DNA from: Octopus bimaculoides
Taxonomy: Eukaryota
Assembly (NCBI RefSeq): GCF_001194135.2
Contig: NC_068992.1
Location: 41,623,554 to 41,679,199 of the forward strand
Reading direction: 5' to 3'
DNA length: 55,646 bases
Positions 25,600-39,060 of this stretch are shown piece by piece. A program made the translations under genes and the position numbers. Within the stretch, counting starts at the first letter, position 1; every line of letters begins with the position of its first letter. The notes below the pieces were generated by a model. The model made no database searches. It was not told the origin of the DNA and worked only from the letters and a program-made list of their open reading frames with translations.

Positions 25600-26100
25600 T
25601 TTCGACAATGCGACAGAGATACTATCACTGGAGTGCTTTTAAATTACAGTCGCTACTTACATCTTCAGCCGAAGTGAGTGGCACTAAAGATATGACCAGT
25701 TTTAGAGGGTCCGATTTAAGCCATCATGGTTGTTCCTCATTTTTGTAAACTCCTCCCAAGCAGATCTCCCTGGATGAGAAGTAAGGCAAGGCCGACATAT
25801 TTAAAAGTGACAACTGCGTTTACTAAGAGTGTCGACAGTTTTGCTACCGGTTTACTCCTTGATATTGCTACCATGGAGCAGGCACAAATGCTTTGCTTTA
25901 TTATATTGGTAATTTCTTGGATCTCGCCTGATATCAGTAGCATACATAATAACAGAAGTACTTAAAATTCTGTGGGGTATTTGTGGATCAATATTCACCG
26001 TATATCTGGACATATATGCACATATATATGCAATAATATTTTCAATAAGTCTAACAGCTGCCCATGCTTGAGCTTTTCTTCTCCCTGTCATCGATGTTTA
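25600..26100 (-). mobile_element. Decayed RTE-group LINE RT C-terminal fragment
   Basis: RRKAQAWAAVRLIENI...ILSTSVIMYATD resembles the RTE motif RKA.AW.A...L.KIW...V.SVLLYG.ETW; multiple stops. Confidence 0.5.
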
Positions 26101-27382
26101 TACAAGTGAAAAACTTCTGGCTTGGGACGATAAAGTTAGGAACCAGTGTCATTAAAAGTGTTGCTGTCAGAACGTAAAGAGCAGAAACAGTTACTACCTT
26201 CCACCTTACCTGACTCTTTAACAGTTTCCCCAGCCGACGTCAATAAATGGATAATTTTATGACCGACCCATAGTTAAAAAATGAAAAAAACAAAGATAAA
26301 GTTTACCATGTGAAGTTTGAACTCAGGCCACATATGTTCGAATTTAAAAACGGCGAGGCAGTCATTCCGACGCTTTATCGCCACCATCAACTCTTCCATT
26401 TAATAATAAACTATATCTCACACTCAGGTGGTTTCCTTTCGGTTCCTACACTACTAACATTCTATGAAGGGAATTATACATTCCACGAATTTCTTCTTTA
26501 AGGAAATGTCTCACTTCGTAAAATAGTATCTAATTCATAACTCACGGATTTATAATACTGACAATATTAAAAAAGAATGAAATAGCGCTATACATAATTA
26601 TTACAAAGTAGAAATTGCAAAGATTTCGTAATAAATAAACAAAACAAAAACTGAACTCATAAATTAGATGCATCATTTTCCTGTGAATACCTTACTTTCA
26701 AATTCAATGTTATTCACCCCATGTTGTGAGGAGGCGGATTTTCTCCCTTGTAATAGGAGACATCATTACAGGAATCCACATATAATAATATAAGTATCAA
26801 AAACTGCTTCATATATTACCGACGTATGTGATCGTATATCAGTATGGAGACGTTATATGCAAACTTATATCATTAGTTCTCCACTTGCAATCTGACCATT
26901 CTTTGCAATAAGTATTTATATCTTAGATAGTAATTTTTAATTCATATAAAACTTTACTCATTATCTTTATCCTCTGCTATCTGTTACATTACAGACATAT
27001 CTGATAACATCACAATGTTCACATATGTGTACAATCTTTAGAACTTTTCAGACAAAACTTTAAACATATTCCAAGAAACGGCATATTCTCTCATTAAACC
27101 ATTTTCCGTTTTTGACATCAGTTTCAATAACCTGCACTAGAGTATTGCTAATTGGTAGCCTGATGAGCCAGTATTTCGTAATTTGTTTTATAAAAAAACA
27201 TTTCCACTCATTTGTTAACGGATCTGTTCGACTCCATGAGACGTCACTATTTCCTACTCTTTTCTTATCTTCCACGTCCTCTCCCTTCTAATTTTTCTAC
27301 CTCCGCTTCTTCTCTCAGATTTTCTTCTCGCTTCGTTATTATTTGTTTTGTTGTTCTTGTTGTTGTTAATGCTTCTGGTCGT

Positions 27383-27605
27383 TATTACGAAGGTGAGCTG
27401 GCAGAATATTTAGAGCGTCAAACAAAGTGCTGAGCGAGATTTCCTCTTGCTCTTTACATTGTGAGTTCTAATTACGCCGAGATCGATGTGTCCTTTATCG
27501 ATCCGATTTCGATATAATGAATTAGTGTCGAGGTAAGCGGGTGTCGAGGTAAGCGGGTGTCAAGGTAATCGGCTTATCCCCTTCCTCCCAAAATTGCTGT
27601 GATTC
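27383..27605 (+). mobile_element. Decayed Nin/Deu-like SINE with an internal triplicated 16-mer
   Basis: GAGCTGGCAGAAT head; GAGTTCTAATT B box; GTGTCGAGGTAAGCGG x2 plus GTGTCAAGGTAATCGG at 27525-27572; tail CTTATCCCCTTCC. Confidence 0.55.
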
Positions 27606-27609
27606 CATG

Positions 27610-28152
27610 CGGAGTAGGGTTTCTTCTCTCTCATTGGCTGTTCCTGATCGGAATTCATGAGCACTGTCAAGTCCATTTTTGGTAACTCTTTCTGCATTAG
27701 CAGCATACTGTACCAGTCCTTGTTTGCTGTATACCAAATATCCTGCCATGTGTCTTCTTTCACTGTTGCTGCACTCACTTACGCTGATCAGCCTACGTTC
27801 ACCTTTACCCTCTTCATGTAGAACCTGTGTACATTCGCCTCAATTTGGAGGGCACCATGGATTGACATTTTATTTCGGGTAGTGTCATCGAGTTGGTCAA
27901 CCTCCGCTTGTGTCCATTCAGGATGGCTGCACTATAGTGAATTAAAGCAGCAGCCCATGTGTTGATGGCAGTCACGGTTCCTTGAGTCGAGTTTTGAATT
28001 CAAGATAACTTTGAGGCGGTTGAAATGTGCTGTGATGACCTTGTGTTTCATTTCTCTGTGCAAGATATAGTTCAGTTCCAGAATCTCAAGGTATCCATCA
28101 TCATCCGTGTTGTCGATTCTGTCTCCGTTTGACAATTCTATGCCCCTACAAT
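27610..28152 (-). mobile_element. Dong/R4-clade LINE, RT C-terminal fragment
   Basis: GIELSNGDRI...YLEILE...EMKHKVITAHFNRLKVILNSKLDSRN, then (frameshifted) TVTAINTWAA, WTQAEVDQLDDTTRNKMSIHGAL...VHRFYMKR. Confidence 0.8.
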
Positions 28153-29330
28153 ATTTAATACAAATATGGTGGAATTCACCTGCCATTTTATTAATTCCTC
28201 CAGGCTGAGATGTCAACAGCTCACACATATATCTTTCCTCATAGGTTTTGAGTACTGAAACTGCAGTGGTGTGAGGGTACTTTCTGAGAAGGTGCACCTT
28301 CAGGTCTTTCTCAAATTTACATCCGTTTGATGTGAAATGTTCCGCAAGCTCCATGGAACCACTGTTATTGTGCCTGACGTCGTACCTATGTCCGGTAAAT
28401 CTTTTTTGCAATCACTCTGCTGTGCAACCAACATAAATCATTTTGTGCTTGGTGCATTCCGCTGCGTACACCAAATGAGAATCCTTACAGGTCCCTACTT
28501 CTGTGTAAATCATCACGTTTCTGTTACAATTCTTGATGGAATTTGTCTGACTGCAGAAGGAACAGGGTTTATCTCTCTTATGGGTGTTTTGGGGGGTCCA
28601 TGCGTTCAGAAACTCCAATGGGGTTTTTATTAGAGATACAGGTCAACATTTCTCTAATATTTCTATTACGCTTAACGGCTACAATAGGCGGAAGTGGAAA
28701 TATTTGTCAGAAATGAGGATATTTTTCTGAAATATGTTGGTAACTGTCATGCAACACTTTTGAAATGCCATCGAAACTTTGGTGCCAGTTAATCACTAAA
28801 AGAATTCGGTCATAAACTCTTTTCAAACTGCTGAAATTAGGCGCGAAAGTTTGATTATCACTACTACTGTCGGCTAGGACATTCGCGATTTCCTTTCATC
28901 TTGATTTACTATAATCGCACTTTACATAATGGCACACAAATTCATTTGCATGTTTCCAATAATCCCCAATGTCTGTTCAAATTTGCACAGACAATTTAAA
29001 TAAGACCTGAAGGTGCACATTCTCAAAAAATACGCTCACTCCACTGCACTTTCAGTCGGCAAAACCCATGAGGATAGATATATACGTGAATACGAACCAG
29101 GATGGTCACTATTTTAAATAATATAAAGGGGGATAAAGGAAAGAAAATTCACTATTATTCTTGAGGATATGCCTCCTAACATTTGTTAAATTGTTTTTGT
29201 TCAAATCTAGTCTGCCGTCTTGATTTCGTGTTCTCCGTATTTGATAAGAGTGTGAGGTGTGTTTCTCTTCAGAATGCGTGCCTAATGCATAGTAATAGGT
29301 ATATATTACTTCTGTATATTCTTCTCGGAT
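28153..29330 (-). mobile_element. Penelope-like element 3' part: RT thumb remnant, linker and GIY-YIG endonuclease (pseudogenised)
   Basis: Linker QIFPLPPIVAVKRNRNIREML; then PCSFC...GTCKDSHLVYAAECTKHKMIYVGCTAE*LQKRFTGH...LAEHF...KTYEERYMCELLTSQPGGIN, with one TGA at 28412-28414 and one frameshift near 28600-28630. Thumb-like IRHAF...AYPQE at 29150-29330 is weaker. Confidence 0.8.
29004..29090 (+). repeat. Inverted duplicate of the GIY-YIG segment 28220-28306
   Basis: 87-bp ungapped alignment, 73/87 identical; DLKVHILKKYAHSTALSVGKTHEDRYIRE vs DLKVHLLRKYPHTTAVSVLKTYEERYMCE. Confidence 0.85.
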
Positions 29331-29379
29331 CCATTTCACCCTCTTACATTTTTCTTTCTGTAGTGGGTGTAGCGGTTGA

Positions 29380-30000
29380 TTTGGAGAGCTCGACTTGGGA
29401 CAGTTCCCGTGACCATCCAGGTTCTCTTTTCAACAAATTTGGTCTGTAGCAGTACTTGTCTCCCCGCCTTCGAATACTGAAAAAGTTGGGAGTTTGGCCA
29501 AGAGTGTAGGTGGCTGCTTTCAACCCTTTCAGGCTCCTTCGTCGTTCCTCTTTTTTACTCAAATTCGTTAAACAGATTCAGACTTCCTGCCGAAGTAGAG
29601 TGGCGCTTCAACCTTCACGAGTGAGTCAGATGATAGCTGGTTCCGTTCCACACCTTAACAATGCTCTATAAGTGAGCAAGCTGCGGCACTGGACGATTCA
29701 TTGTTGCAAAGATTCGTTACTCCACGTGCTCCTCAGGCAGTACTACCTGACCTTGTTCCAAAACAGTAATGCAGTATCTCACTCACTTGGATTTCTGGAA
29801 ATTAATTTCCGACCCCAGATCGAAAGTCTTCATGAACTTACCTATCAGCAGATCGCCGTGGACCTCCCAAACTCTCTCATAGAACGTCGTCGCTCAGGCT
29901 CCCGAGTAGCTCGCTATATAACGCCGACGTGGAGAGCCGGTGGAAACTGTCGAAGGCCTTACTATAATATTCCCATGGAGAAAAGCGTACCTCCCACAAC
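29380..30000 (-). mobile_element. Second, older Tx1/L1-clade ORF2 3' fragment
   Basis: STSALYSELLGSLSDDVL, INFQKS, CLRS...ESLQQ*IVQC, QLSSDSLVKVEAP and KGLKAATYTLGQTPNFF align in order with TTAAYYSRLVEAGNDDAL, DNFQKS, CPRC..ETVLHAFVQC, QLSSESILMINLP and TGIVTDSFVSGLTLVNIF of the 2852-4601 copy. Confidence 0.65.
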
Positions 30001-32569
30001 CTCTGGTCGTGATTGTCTCCACATAAGCTGTTTGGTTATATTTGACCTTAAAACTCCTCTTTCGGAGTGTTTATTATTTGTTGCGTACAGAAATACTATT
30101 ACTTGATGTAATTAATGGGTGTGGTTTGTGTGTAGGATTATGCGTTCCACTAGTTATTTTCATGACTTATTTTTTATAGACCTGTAATTCATGAAGTATT
30201 TTTAGTTCGTGTTGGGGCGTCTGTTATGACCGTCTGTGTGTGTTTGAAGTAGGTTGTACTTGGACTGAGATGATGGTGTCTGTGGCAGCTGCAGCGATTA
30301 TGTTCTTCAGGATGATGGTGTTGATAGCTCTAGTGTAGCTACAGTTTGTTGTATTGGATCTCATGTTTAGTTAGACAAAGAGTTATCGTTCTTCACATAT
30401 TTCGATATACTGTCGAATATTTAATATATAAATATACTTCTTAAAGTGTACTATCGAAAATAGGAAGTCTTATAAAATACCTAAAACATATATAAGTTCT
30501 ACTTGTCAAAATATAGTGAGAGATCAGAAAATATAAATCTATATTGAAAGGAATTTGCTGTAGAAAATAACTTCCTGTTCGTTTAGTCAAATCAGATGTC
30601 GATAAAATTATTGCTATATGCGATTTAGAGAAAAACGAAAGGCATTAACAAAATTATGAATAAAAGTAAGTGAAACTGAGTTTCCGTGCAAGAATGTTAA
30701 ATGTGAAAGCAGATAACAAGAATAATAATAATAAGGATAAAATAGAAACAGAATACGTCCGGAAAATGCGAACATGATAATTGAACAGAACATTTTAAAT
30801 GCATTAAAGAAATTGAAAAATGCCATAGCGTATGAAATTGTCAATCAAAACATACATATATATGAATGGGATGATGATTTTACAGAAGATACGAGAATAA
30901 ACGTTTTGTATTTCACAGCCATTTTTGAATATTATAAGATATTAAAGTGGAAATATATACACCAATATACGATGTACGAGCGGCAGATTTCAGTGTCTTT
31001 AAACACACGCTAACACACGATCGTATTACACACACACACACACACATACACACACANNNNNNNNNNNNNNNNNNNNNNNNNNNNNNNNNNNNNNNNNNNN
31101 NNNNNNNNNNNNNNNNNNNNNNNNNNNNNNNNNNNNNNNNNNNNNNNNNNNNNNNNNNNNNNNNNNNNNNNNNNNNNNNNNNNNNNNNNNNNNNNNNNNN
31201 NNNNNNNNNNNNNNNTATATATATATATATATATACATACACACATATGCATATATATATATATACATATGTATATATATGCATATATATGTAATTATAT
31301 ACATATACATATGCATATACATACATGCATATATATATGTATGTATATTATATACGTATATATATGTATATGGGAGGATGTGCATGTACGCATATACGAA
31401 TGTGTATGTATGTATATAATTCAATATTTCTGCCTCTACCATTGGTACGCTTCAGATATTCAAGGTCAATTATATTCAAATGTTTCAGTAAAACAACACT
31501 AGCTGCCTCAATGCGATATTGCATAATATATGACTGTCTTTAAAAAGTTTATCCCTCCATCCCAAATAGAGCTTATTAAGTTAACCAAGACATTCGCCAA
31601 TAATGCACACCTAATAGAATCAGAAAGAAGCTCATATGTATGCTGTGTTTGTGTATAAATTGTTATATGTCAGTGTGTCTGTTAATATATACCAATACTG
31701 TAGTTATTGAAGGTTCTCATCGTAAATTACTCCTCATTGAGCTGGTCTATGATCAGGAGCATTCCAGTGGTAGCCATACGGTATGTTTGTATATCACATT
31801 ATGCGATGCGGCTTTCTGTTCCTGGAGATTGTATTCTATGATTTGGCGAAGATTTTGACGACTGCAAAGAAAACACTTGTTAGGCTAAGGTGGAACTTCT
31901 AACCAATTATAAACAAGATTACAATTAAGTTTAAATTATGCCCGACCAGAGCTCTAAATATACGTGAAATATGGACATTTCAAGAAACTGCATTTTTTTA
32001 GAATTTAGTGAAACTTGTTTGAAATATTTTACAGACTTTATGTAATGTAATATTCAGAGTAACGCAAAGAATGAAAGAAACAAACAAAAGCAACCGAGGG
32101 AGTTTCAACTAGTTGAGGAGCAGCATATTTTAGTGTCTTTAAAGACACATAAACACACATACTCGTATACACATAATACATACTTATACACACTCATACA
32201 CACACAAGATGGACACATGGAATAATGTACTTCGAGATATACGACTGCAGAGAGAATAGCTAGAAATAATGTCTATTATCTTTAAAAGGTATTATTTTGG
32301 TCTGTTATGGAAGTCAAGGAGGATCAGTATGTTACACGCTTTGCATTCTTTACGCTACTAGAAGTGATGTTATGGTCCTCCATACATATTATAGGTTTTT
32401 ATCCCTTGCATGATTTAGTTTCTGGTTTGCGTCCATGCTTAAGCACTACATTGACACAAATGCTTATTGTTTGTTTTAAGCTTTGTAATTATTCCCTCAA
32501 ACTCTTTAAACAAATCGCTAAATTACGGGCACGTAAATAAGCCAACATCAATTTTCCAGCGTTAGAAAC

Positions 32570-33480
32570 ACTCACACATTTATCCGATAGTCTTCTACAC
32601 AGAATAAAAGGTATATTCCTTGTTCAGTAAATCTCTTCTTCTTTCCTTCTTGGTAGGTAGAGTCTGTCACTATTACTTTTAAGACGGTGGAATATTTGAG
32701 AAACTTCCTGGTTCTTTTAAGTTCTGCAGTTTGACCTTTGTCCATTTCAGAAAGATAGCAAATCAACTTAACAGGAGCATTGCCCATGTTTTATTGCTTT
32801 AATATTATTTCCTCCATTTAGTTTTGTTTCGTGTACCTTCCTAATTCTTCAAGTACTATTTGGAGACTTTCTCTCTCATTCCTCCTATTATCCTGAATAT
32901 ATCTATCCATATTATTCAACATCGATCTAATAAAGGTGTCTTATAACGTAAGCGTTTGTCTTCCAGTTACCCTTCATAATTAGCACAAGAAACATATTAT
33001 CCCAAATAGAATTCCCGTATCCTGGATGAATACCCTCACTGCATGGATCTGAGAATCCAAGTTTCATTTTTTAAATCTAGATTGAGCTTTTCCATATAAA
33101 GCAACTGGTTTATTCTTACTTTGATTTTGGTAAACTCATAGGCAGACCTGGAATTTTTCAGTTCGCATGTTAATACGGTTAACGCTATGACGAAGTAGCC
33201 TCTGCGTATTTTCACGTTTCCTGGCGATTTATTTGCACGTTAGTTCTACTTGCCCCATTCTCATTGCTTTTCCAAAAGTCTGTTTGCTCTCCCATTAACT
33301 CCGAGCATCGTCACGCACTTCAGGATCCAGCAGTATGGAACATTGTACTAAGCCTTCTTGTACTTTATCGAACCAACAGTTAAATTATTTCTTTCTCATA
33401 CCGCATTTAATATCCCACTATCAATTTCTGATAGATGATTTTCAGCAGTTCCCCTTGATTTCTTTTGGCATCCTTTTTTG
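32570..33480 (-). mobile_element. Dong/R4-clade LINE, decayed RT core
   Basis: QKGCQKKSRGT, IKYKKA*YNVPYCWILKC..MLGV, VKIRRG, RINQLLYMEKLNL (degenerate YMDD), LDSQIHAVRVFIQDTGILFG, MREKVSK*YL, IKTWA..KWT; many stops and frameshifts. Confidence 0.85.
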
Positions 33481-33929
33481 GCTTCTGGCAATAACGTTTT
33501 CTTTTTCAAAAGATTATATATTTCTTCTTCTATGAAGTCAGTTAATTACTTTCAGAGTAATGGTAAATATGTGACAGGTCTGTAATTGCTGATTTCCTTT
33601 CTGTTTTGTTCGTTATTTTGTATCAACACTGACGCTTTTATCATCTGTTTTACCTTTCCATTTTCTATGCAGTCAGTAAAAAATGGTCAGATATAACAGT
33701 TGGACGAACTGGCAAAATCATTGCCAAGCCGGATAAAATGATTAACGGCATTTCAACCGGACTTACTTTTTTGAATTCAAATTAAAGCGAGGTGGGCGTT
33801 ACATTGCATCCTTTCGGGGTTGATAAATTAAATACCAGTCCAGCATAGGAATTGATGTACGTATGTATATCTATTTATCCATCAAACTAACTCTTTCCCT
33901 GTCTCTGTCATTCTCTCTCTCTCCCCCTC

Positions 33930-33978
<49 letters not shown>

Positions 33979-35500
33979 ATACACACATACACGCACATAT
34001 ACAGATGCATATATATATACATGTATACACACATACTACACACACTCATATAATGAGAGACGGAGACATATAAAAATATGTGTGTGTGCATGTATATATG
34101 TATGTAAGTATATATGTGTATTAGCGTCTATGTTTATGCTGGTGATTATGAGTCGGGTATCTATTTTCTAGATATCATTTGCAAATATATATTTGCATAT
34201 ATATTCGACCCTCCTTACATTTTATTATAGATGATCTAGACGTGTTGTATTAACATGCTTCTAATGCTTTTGGTGATCTATTAATTGCATTTCGACGCAA
34301 TTCACTCAGGAAATGAGATATGACTAGTTCTTCAATAGCTTTAGAAGCTGGGCCTGAGAATCTGAGCAAATGTAACACAAAATGTCACTCCATTGATCTT
34401 CAACTGATCTCAAACATTTGCCTTTCCTAATAAAATCGACTAAATTATTAATAACATTGTGAAGTACGTTTGCTAGTGGAACGACTGTGGATGAAATGAT
34501 ATTTAAGTAAATTTTCATTTCAATCGTGTAAACGTTTGTTGTTTTTCATTAGATATTTCCAATATATTCAATCTATTATATGCTATCAGGTTTATGCACT
34601 TGAGAAATACAAACGCTTAAACAACTTTGAGACGTCCTGACGTCGTAACGGTTTTTTTTCTCTCACTGAATATAGATGTCTTTAGAATATATTCAGCATT
34701 TCCTTGAGATGTGCACTTCATATTCCTTCGGTTTTCTTCATATTCTTTCAATTTATAGGAACTATATCAGTCTTCAAATTATTTGGCAAATAGCAAAATA
34801 TTTAATAGTAATAATCCGAAGAGTTTTACATAACTACTTTCCATTTATGGAACATAGGCCTAACTTTAGATTATTTTTAACATATTCAAAACTGCTCTGC
34901 ATATTCGTATGATTAACGGGGAAAATAACTCTTATATCACTAAATTACTTGTAGATTCCAAAATAGGCAAATAAAAATACCGAAGAAATGTAAAAGAGTA
35001 ACGAGGTTGTCGTCGAGATATCTAATCAAAACTTCGACATAATTATCACTGTTACCGTGTTGTGCACTTCAAAATTTGCTACGATTACTCTTTACATGAA
35101 AGCATTGCTAGCCTTTTAAACACTCACATAAATAACGTTTATCCATCAATGCTGTGTTGAGCAATCAAACACACACACACAGTTACGCACACACAATATA
35201 TATATATACATATTCTTAAAATTAATATAGAGTAGGAAAAATTCTGGAAATTGTTTTCTACTAGTGGCCCAGTGTGTATACAAAGTCAGCAGACATATTT
35301 TTCATATAAAATTAGTGTACATTTAAATACAAAAAGAGGTGAACCTTAACAGGTCGCCTTTCATGCTAGAAGGAACAGGCAGACTTTTGATTTGCCTTCT
35401 AACCTGTAAGGCGACCTATTTGTGTTTAATGTACACTTATATATATATATATATGTATGGAGTAATTTTTTTGCTGTATTTTCTATCACGGATCTGTACA

Positions 35501-35552
<52 letters not shown>

Positions 35553-35739
35553 AAATAGTAAATGAGTATATGCATATATAGGTACAGGTATGTGCATACC
35601 GACATCCACCTGCATGTATAGGTGCATATCTGGGTACAGGACATTGCAAACAAAACAGAGACGAGAAAACACACAAGCCACATAGAGAACATTCTACTTC
35701 ATCAGCTACCTCCGTTTTAACACCGGCGTTTCGAACTAT

Positions 35740-35822
35740 GTCACCTTGGGTTCAGTCCCACTGTGCGGCACATTAGGCAATTTCCTTTCATTATAGCTCC
35801 GTGCCGACTAAAACCTTGTGCA
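35740..35822 (+). mobile_element. Fragment of the 41935 SINE family
   Basis: GGGTTCAGTCCCACTGTGCGGCACATTAGGCAA...CCGACTAAAACCTTGTG matches 41988-42060. Confidence 0.55.
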
Positions 35823-36048
35823 TCATATCATTGTCATTACTGTATTGATATATAAAATAGCGCCTACAACTCACTTATTATTGTCATATAATAAACAAAG
35901 AGAAGTTCGTGTATGAAATTGATCATTTTTCTACTTCAATTATTACATTTTTTTCTTATGAAATACTCTCATACAGGAGGAATAAATATATATATATATA
36001 TATATAATAACACTTTGAATGTGGTTACCGAGAAAGAGTAGAAGTAAT

Positions 36049-36077
36049 TACCCGATCAACGACGGGTATTACTGCTA

Positions 36078-36078
<1 letters not shown>
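36049..36078 (+). mobile_element. Helitron-like 3' terminus
   Basis: Hairpin TACCCG-atcaacga-CGGGTA followed 6 nt later by CTAG; lies between two (AT)n runs. Confidence 0.35.
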
Positions 36079-36124
<46 letters not shown>

Positions 36125-37145
36125 CGGAAGAACGCAGGTCCGATAAGGGACAGAGTCAGCAACTATTAAAGAGATTGAGAGAAGCCACGAACACTTTTGT
36201 AAAAAAAATTAAATGATTAAATGAGTGGAAATTGAACCGGTGAGTGTGTTAATCAATAAGGCATTAAAACAGAATAACTCTCTCCAGACACAACAAAATA
36301 TGCTTCAACATAGAAATTCACATAAGGAATATTGCAAACCAAATACAAAAATGAAATACATATACGTATGTATGTTTGTATGTATGCATGTATGTATGCG
36401 TGTATGTATGGATATATGTAGGTAGGTATGTCTGTTTGCTTTTTTGTCTGTCTGTATGTTTGTATGTGTGTATGTATGCATGTATTCCTTAGAGATTGTG
36501 TTTAGAATAAATATTTGCAGAAATGTTTTTCAAAAGCACATTATTTATGTAGTTGTTGATCGTATAAAAATTGGTAGTGTTTCTATCTACTAACGATTTT
36601 ATTATCTGTAATCTATGGTAAGTTTTTCCTTAGCTTTGTATTAAACAAATTATCAGCGAACTTACAGTTTGTTTATTATGCAGATAATAACTATGGCTAA
36701 TTCACACATGCCATAAAGAGAGATAGTGATAAACACTAACTGTTTTAGAATCGTTTTAGGAAATCTCTTCTGTTTCAATAAAATAATACAGTGAGACTCA
36801 TCTCTGCCCCTCAGTAGTTTAAATAAATGTGTTCTGCTTTTGAAATATCAAAAGATAATCCTTCTGTGGGTCAAATAACAATTAACTCGTGCAAAGAGAG
36901 AATCTCGTACCTCATATACATACTAGGAGACAACATGATTCACATTAACCTATATATGTTAATGTGTTTGTTCGTGTGTGGGTGGGTGTATTTGTGTAGT
37001 TTTGTATGTGTGTGTGAGTGTGTGGGTTTGCGTGCGCGCGTGTGGGTGCTTGTTTGGTATCTTCCGCTGTATGCATCTCTGTGCATATATACAACAGAAA
37101 CACAGGTGTATATATGTGTGTGTGTATGTTGTTGTGTGTAAATAT

Positions 37146-37211
<66 letters not shown>

Positions 37212-37590
37212 ACGTGTGTGTGCACGCATGTTTAGGTACGTATATATATATATAATATGATATGGAATCGAATTTGGTTGATAGAACAAATCAGTGTTAT
37301 GGATGAACGTATTAGTGGTAGATAGATTATCGTTCTTTATCTCACTCCTCTCTGTCTCTCTTTATGTAATTCTCTCACTCCCTTTCTCTCTCCGCAGGAT
37401 ATAGTTCCTTTCATATAACAAGTTTTGCCACACGAATTTCATTGATCAGCTACAATTGTTATTTACGTCTCCTCAGCCTTTAAACAAGGCTCGATCATTT
37501 TATGTTTCGACCTGCCTTTAGCTATCGAATTATGGATATCTAAAGACATAAAGCTGCTATATTGGATTCAACACTACGCACAATATAATG

Positions 37591-38065
37591 GTATGTACAT
37601 TGTTTTGTCTTGGTACAAAAGATGGGCTGCAGCAAATATCTTGCTCAGTACAACAAGTTTGCTTGTCAGTTATTTGACCTTAAACTGCTGGGCATCTCCC
37701 TTATTAGCTGACAATATGTACATCTCCAATCACGAGCAGAAGTAGTGGGGGAGCATCATAGCCATGTGTTGAGAGGAATTCTTTGGGGTTTGGATAATTC
37801 AACTTTGGAAACATCCTTAAACAACCATTATTCAGGGAACTTTTGAGCGGCATGGGCTACTCGACCTGAAGAAAATTCTAACTGGGCCCCACTTGCAAAG
37901 TCATGTGCTGATAATCTTGATATGAAACCACTATGTTGCATACATGTCGTTGTGATGCATGTGCCTGGTGTACCCTTATCAGACAGGTAGTCATGATGGG
38001 TATATTGGGCTTCGTATACTTTACCCCAGTGTCACTTTGATGGCATGCCCTGCTCTGTTACTCAG
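37591..38065 (+). mobile_element. (TAA)n-tailed non-coding retroelement / LINE 3'-end family copy
   Basis: Colinear with 39128-39617 (ATGTACATTGTTTTGTCTTGGTA...GGAATTCTTTGGGGTTTGGATAAT...CTCGACCTGAAGAAAATT). Confidence 0.75.
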
Positions 38066-38084
38066 TAATAATAATAGTAATACT

Positions 38085-38487
38085 TCTTTTATTCGCCTAA
38101 CAGGCCGAAGCCAAAACAAATAGGGACGATAAAATATAAGGGATAAGTGGGTAGTTGAACACTGCCATGTACACAATATGTAACAAAAACAATTACCAAA
38201 ACAATTAAACAATAAAAACAAATCATCAAAAGAGTGGAGTTTCTCACAGGGACAACAAAGGAACCCCGTACATTCTTGTTATTCCGATGGCTAGACGCAC
38301 TTCAGCAGGCACCTTCCTCCTCAACTCCTCCGCTTCATAAATGGAAGTTCAGAGCAGGCCCATTCACACGGGCCATCCTCGCCACATTCACCCACCTTTC
38401 AACAAATTTACTGAGCGTCAGAACTTCCCTCTCTCACTTTCCCCTTCAAGTGGAATTACAAAAAGTCGATGAGGGTTTGCCTGAAGC

Positions 38488-38488
<1 letters not shown>
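38085..38488 (-). mobile_element. Third Tx1/L1-clade 3' end with UTR
   Basis: SGQTLIDFL*FHLKGKVRE / EVLTLSKFVERWVNVARMARVNGPALNFHL* aligns with SGLTLVNIFTFHLKRNV...FKKRWTRVAGMLRVKG; AATAAA near the end. Confidence 0.75.
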
Positions 38489-38546
<58 letters not shown>

Positions 38547-38837
38547 GCTTCTAAAAACAAACTTTGTTTACTTTCATCGTAAAGTTGAATTTAACGTTAG
38601 CGTCTTATGAAGCTAAATTCATAAGTTCTAAAATTGCAAAAGAATTCGTTGCTGGACAGTTTAGTTTAATGGTAAAACACTTGACGCGTAATCACAGAGA
38701 CGTGAGGTCGAGTTTCATGGCTGGCCAGTAATGTATTTTTCTGCAATATATGGATAATTTATTCTGATCACGCTATTTATAGCATTATCACGCGTTTGAG
38801 AAATAAAATTATTTCTGTATCTTATAATAATTATTAT

Positions 38838-39017
38838 AATCCTTTCTACCAAAGGCCAAAGGCCTGAAATTTTGGGAGAGGGGACCAGTCGATTAATTGT
38901 ACTCAGTGTTTCCCCGAAAGGATGAAATGCAAAGTCGACCTCGGCCGAATTTGAACCCAGAACGCAAAAACACGAAATACCGCGAAGCATTTAGCCCGGC
39001 GTACCAGCCCGCATTGC
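38838..39017 (-). mobile_element. Nin/Deu-like SINE
   Basis: GAAAGGATGAAATGCAAAGTCGACCTCGGCCGAATTTGAACCCAGAACG. Confidence 0.7.
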
Positions 39018-39060
39018 TACTACTACTACTACTAATAATAAACTTTTTTACTGTAAAAAC

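Noticed and set aside
22491-33480. Three collinear minus-strand Dong/R4 pieces as one split element
   Set aside because: The 32570-33480 and 27610-28152 fragments both cover the EMK.K...AI.TWA...WT region, so they are independent insertions.
37866-37872. CTGAAGA in the TAA-tailed family (also 21771, 39418) as a hammerhead core
   Set aside because: No stem II and no downstream GAAA.
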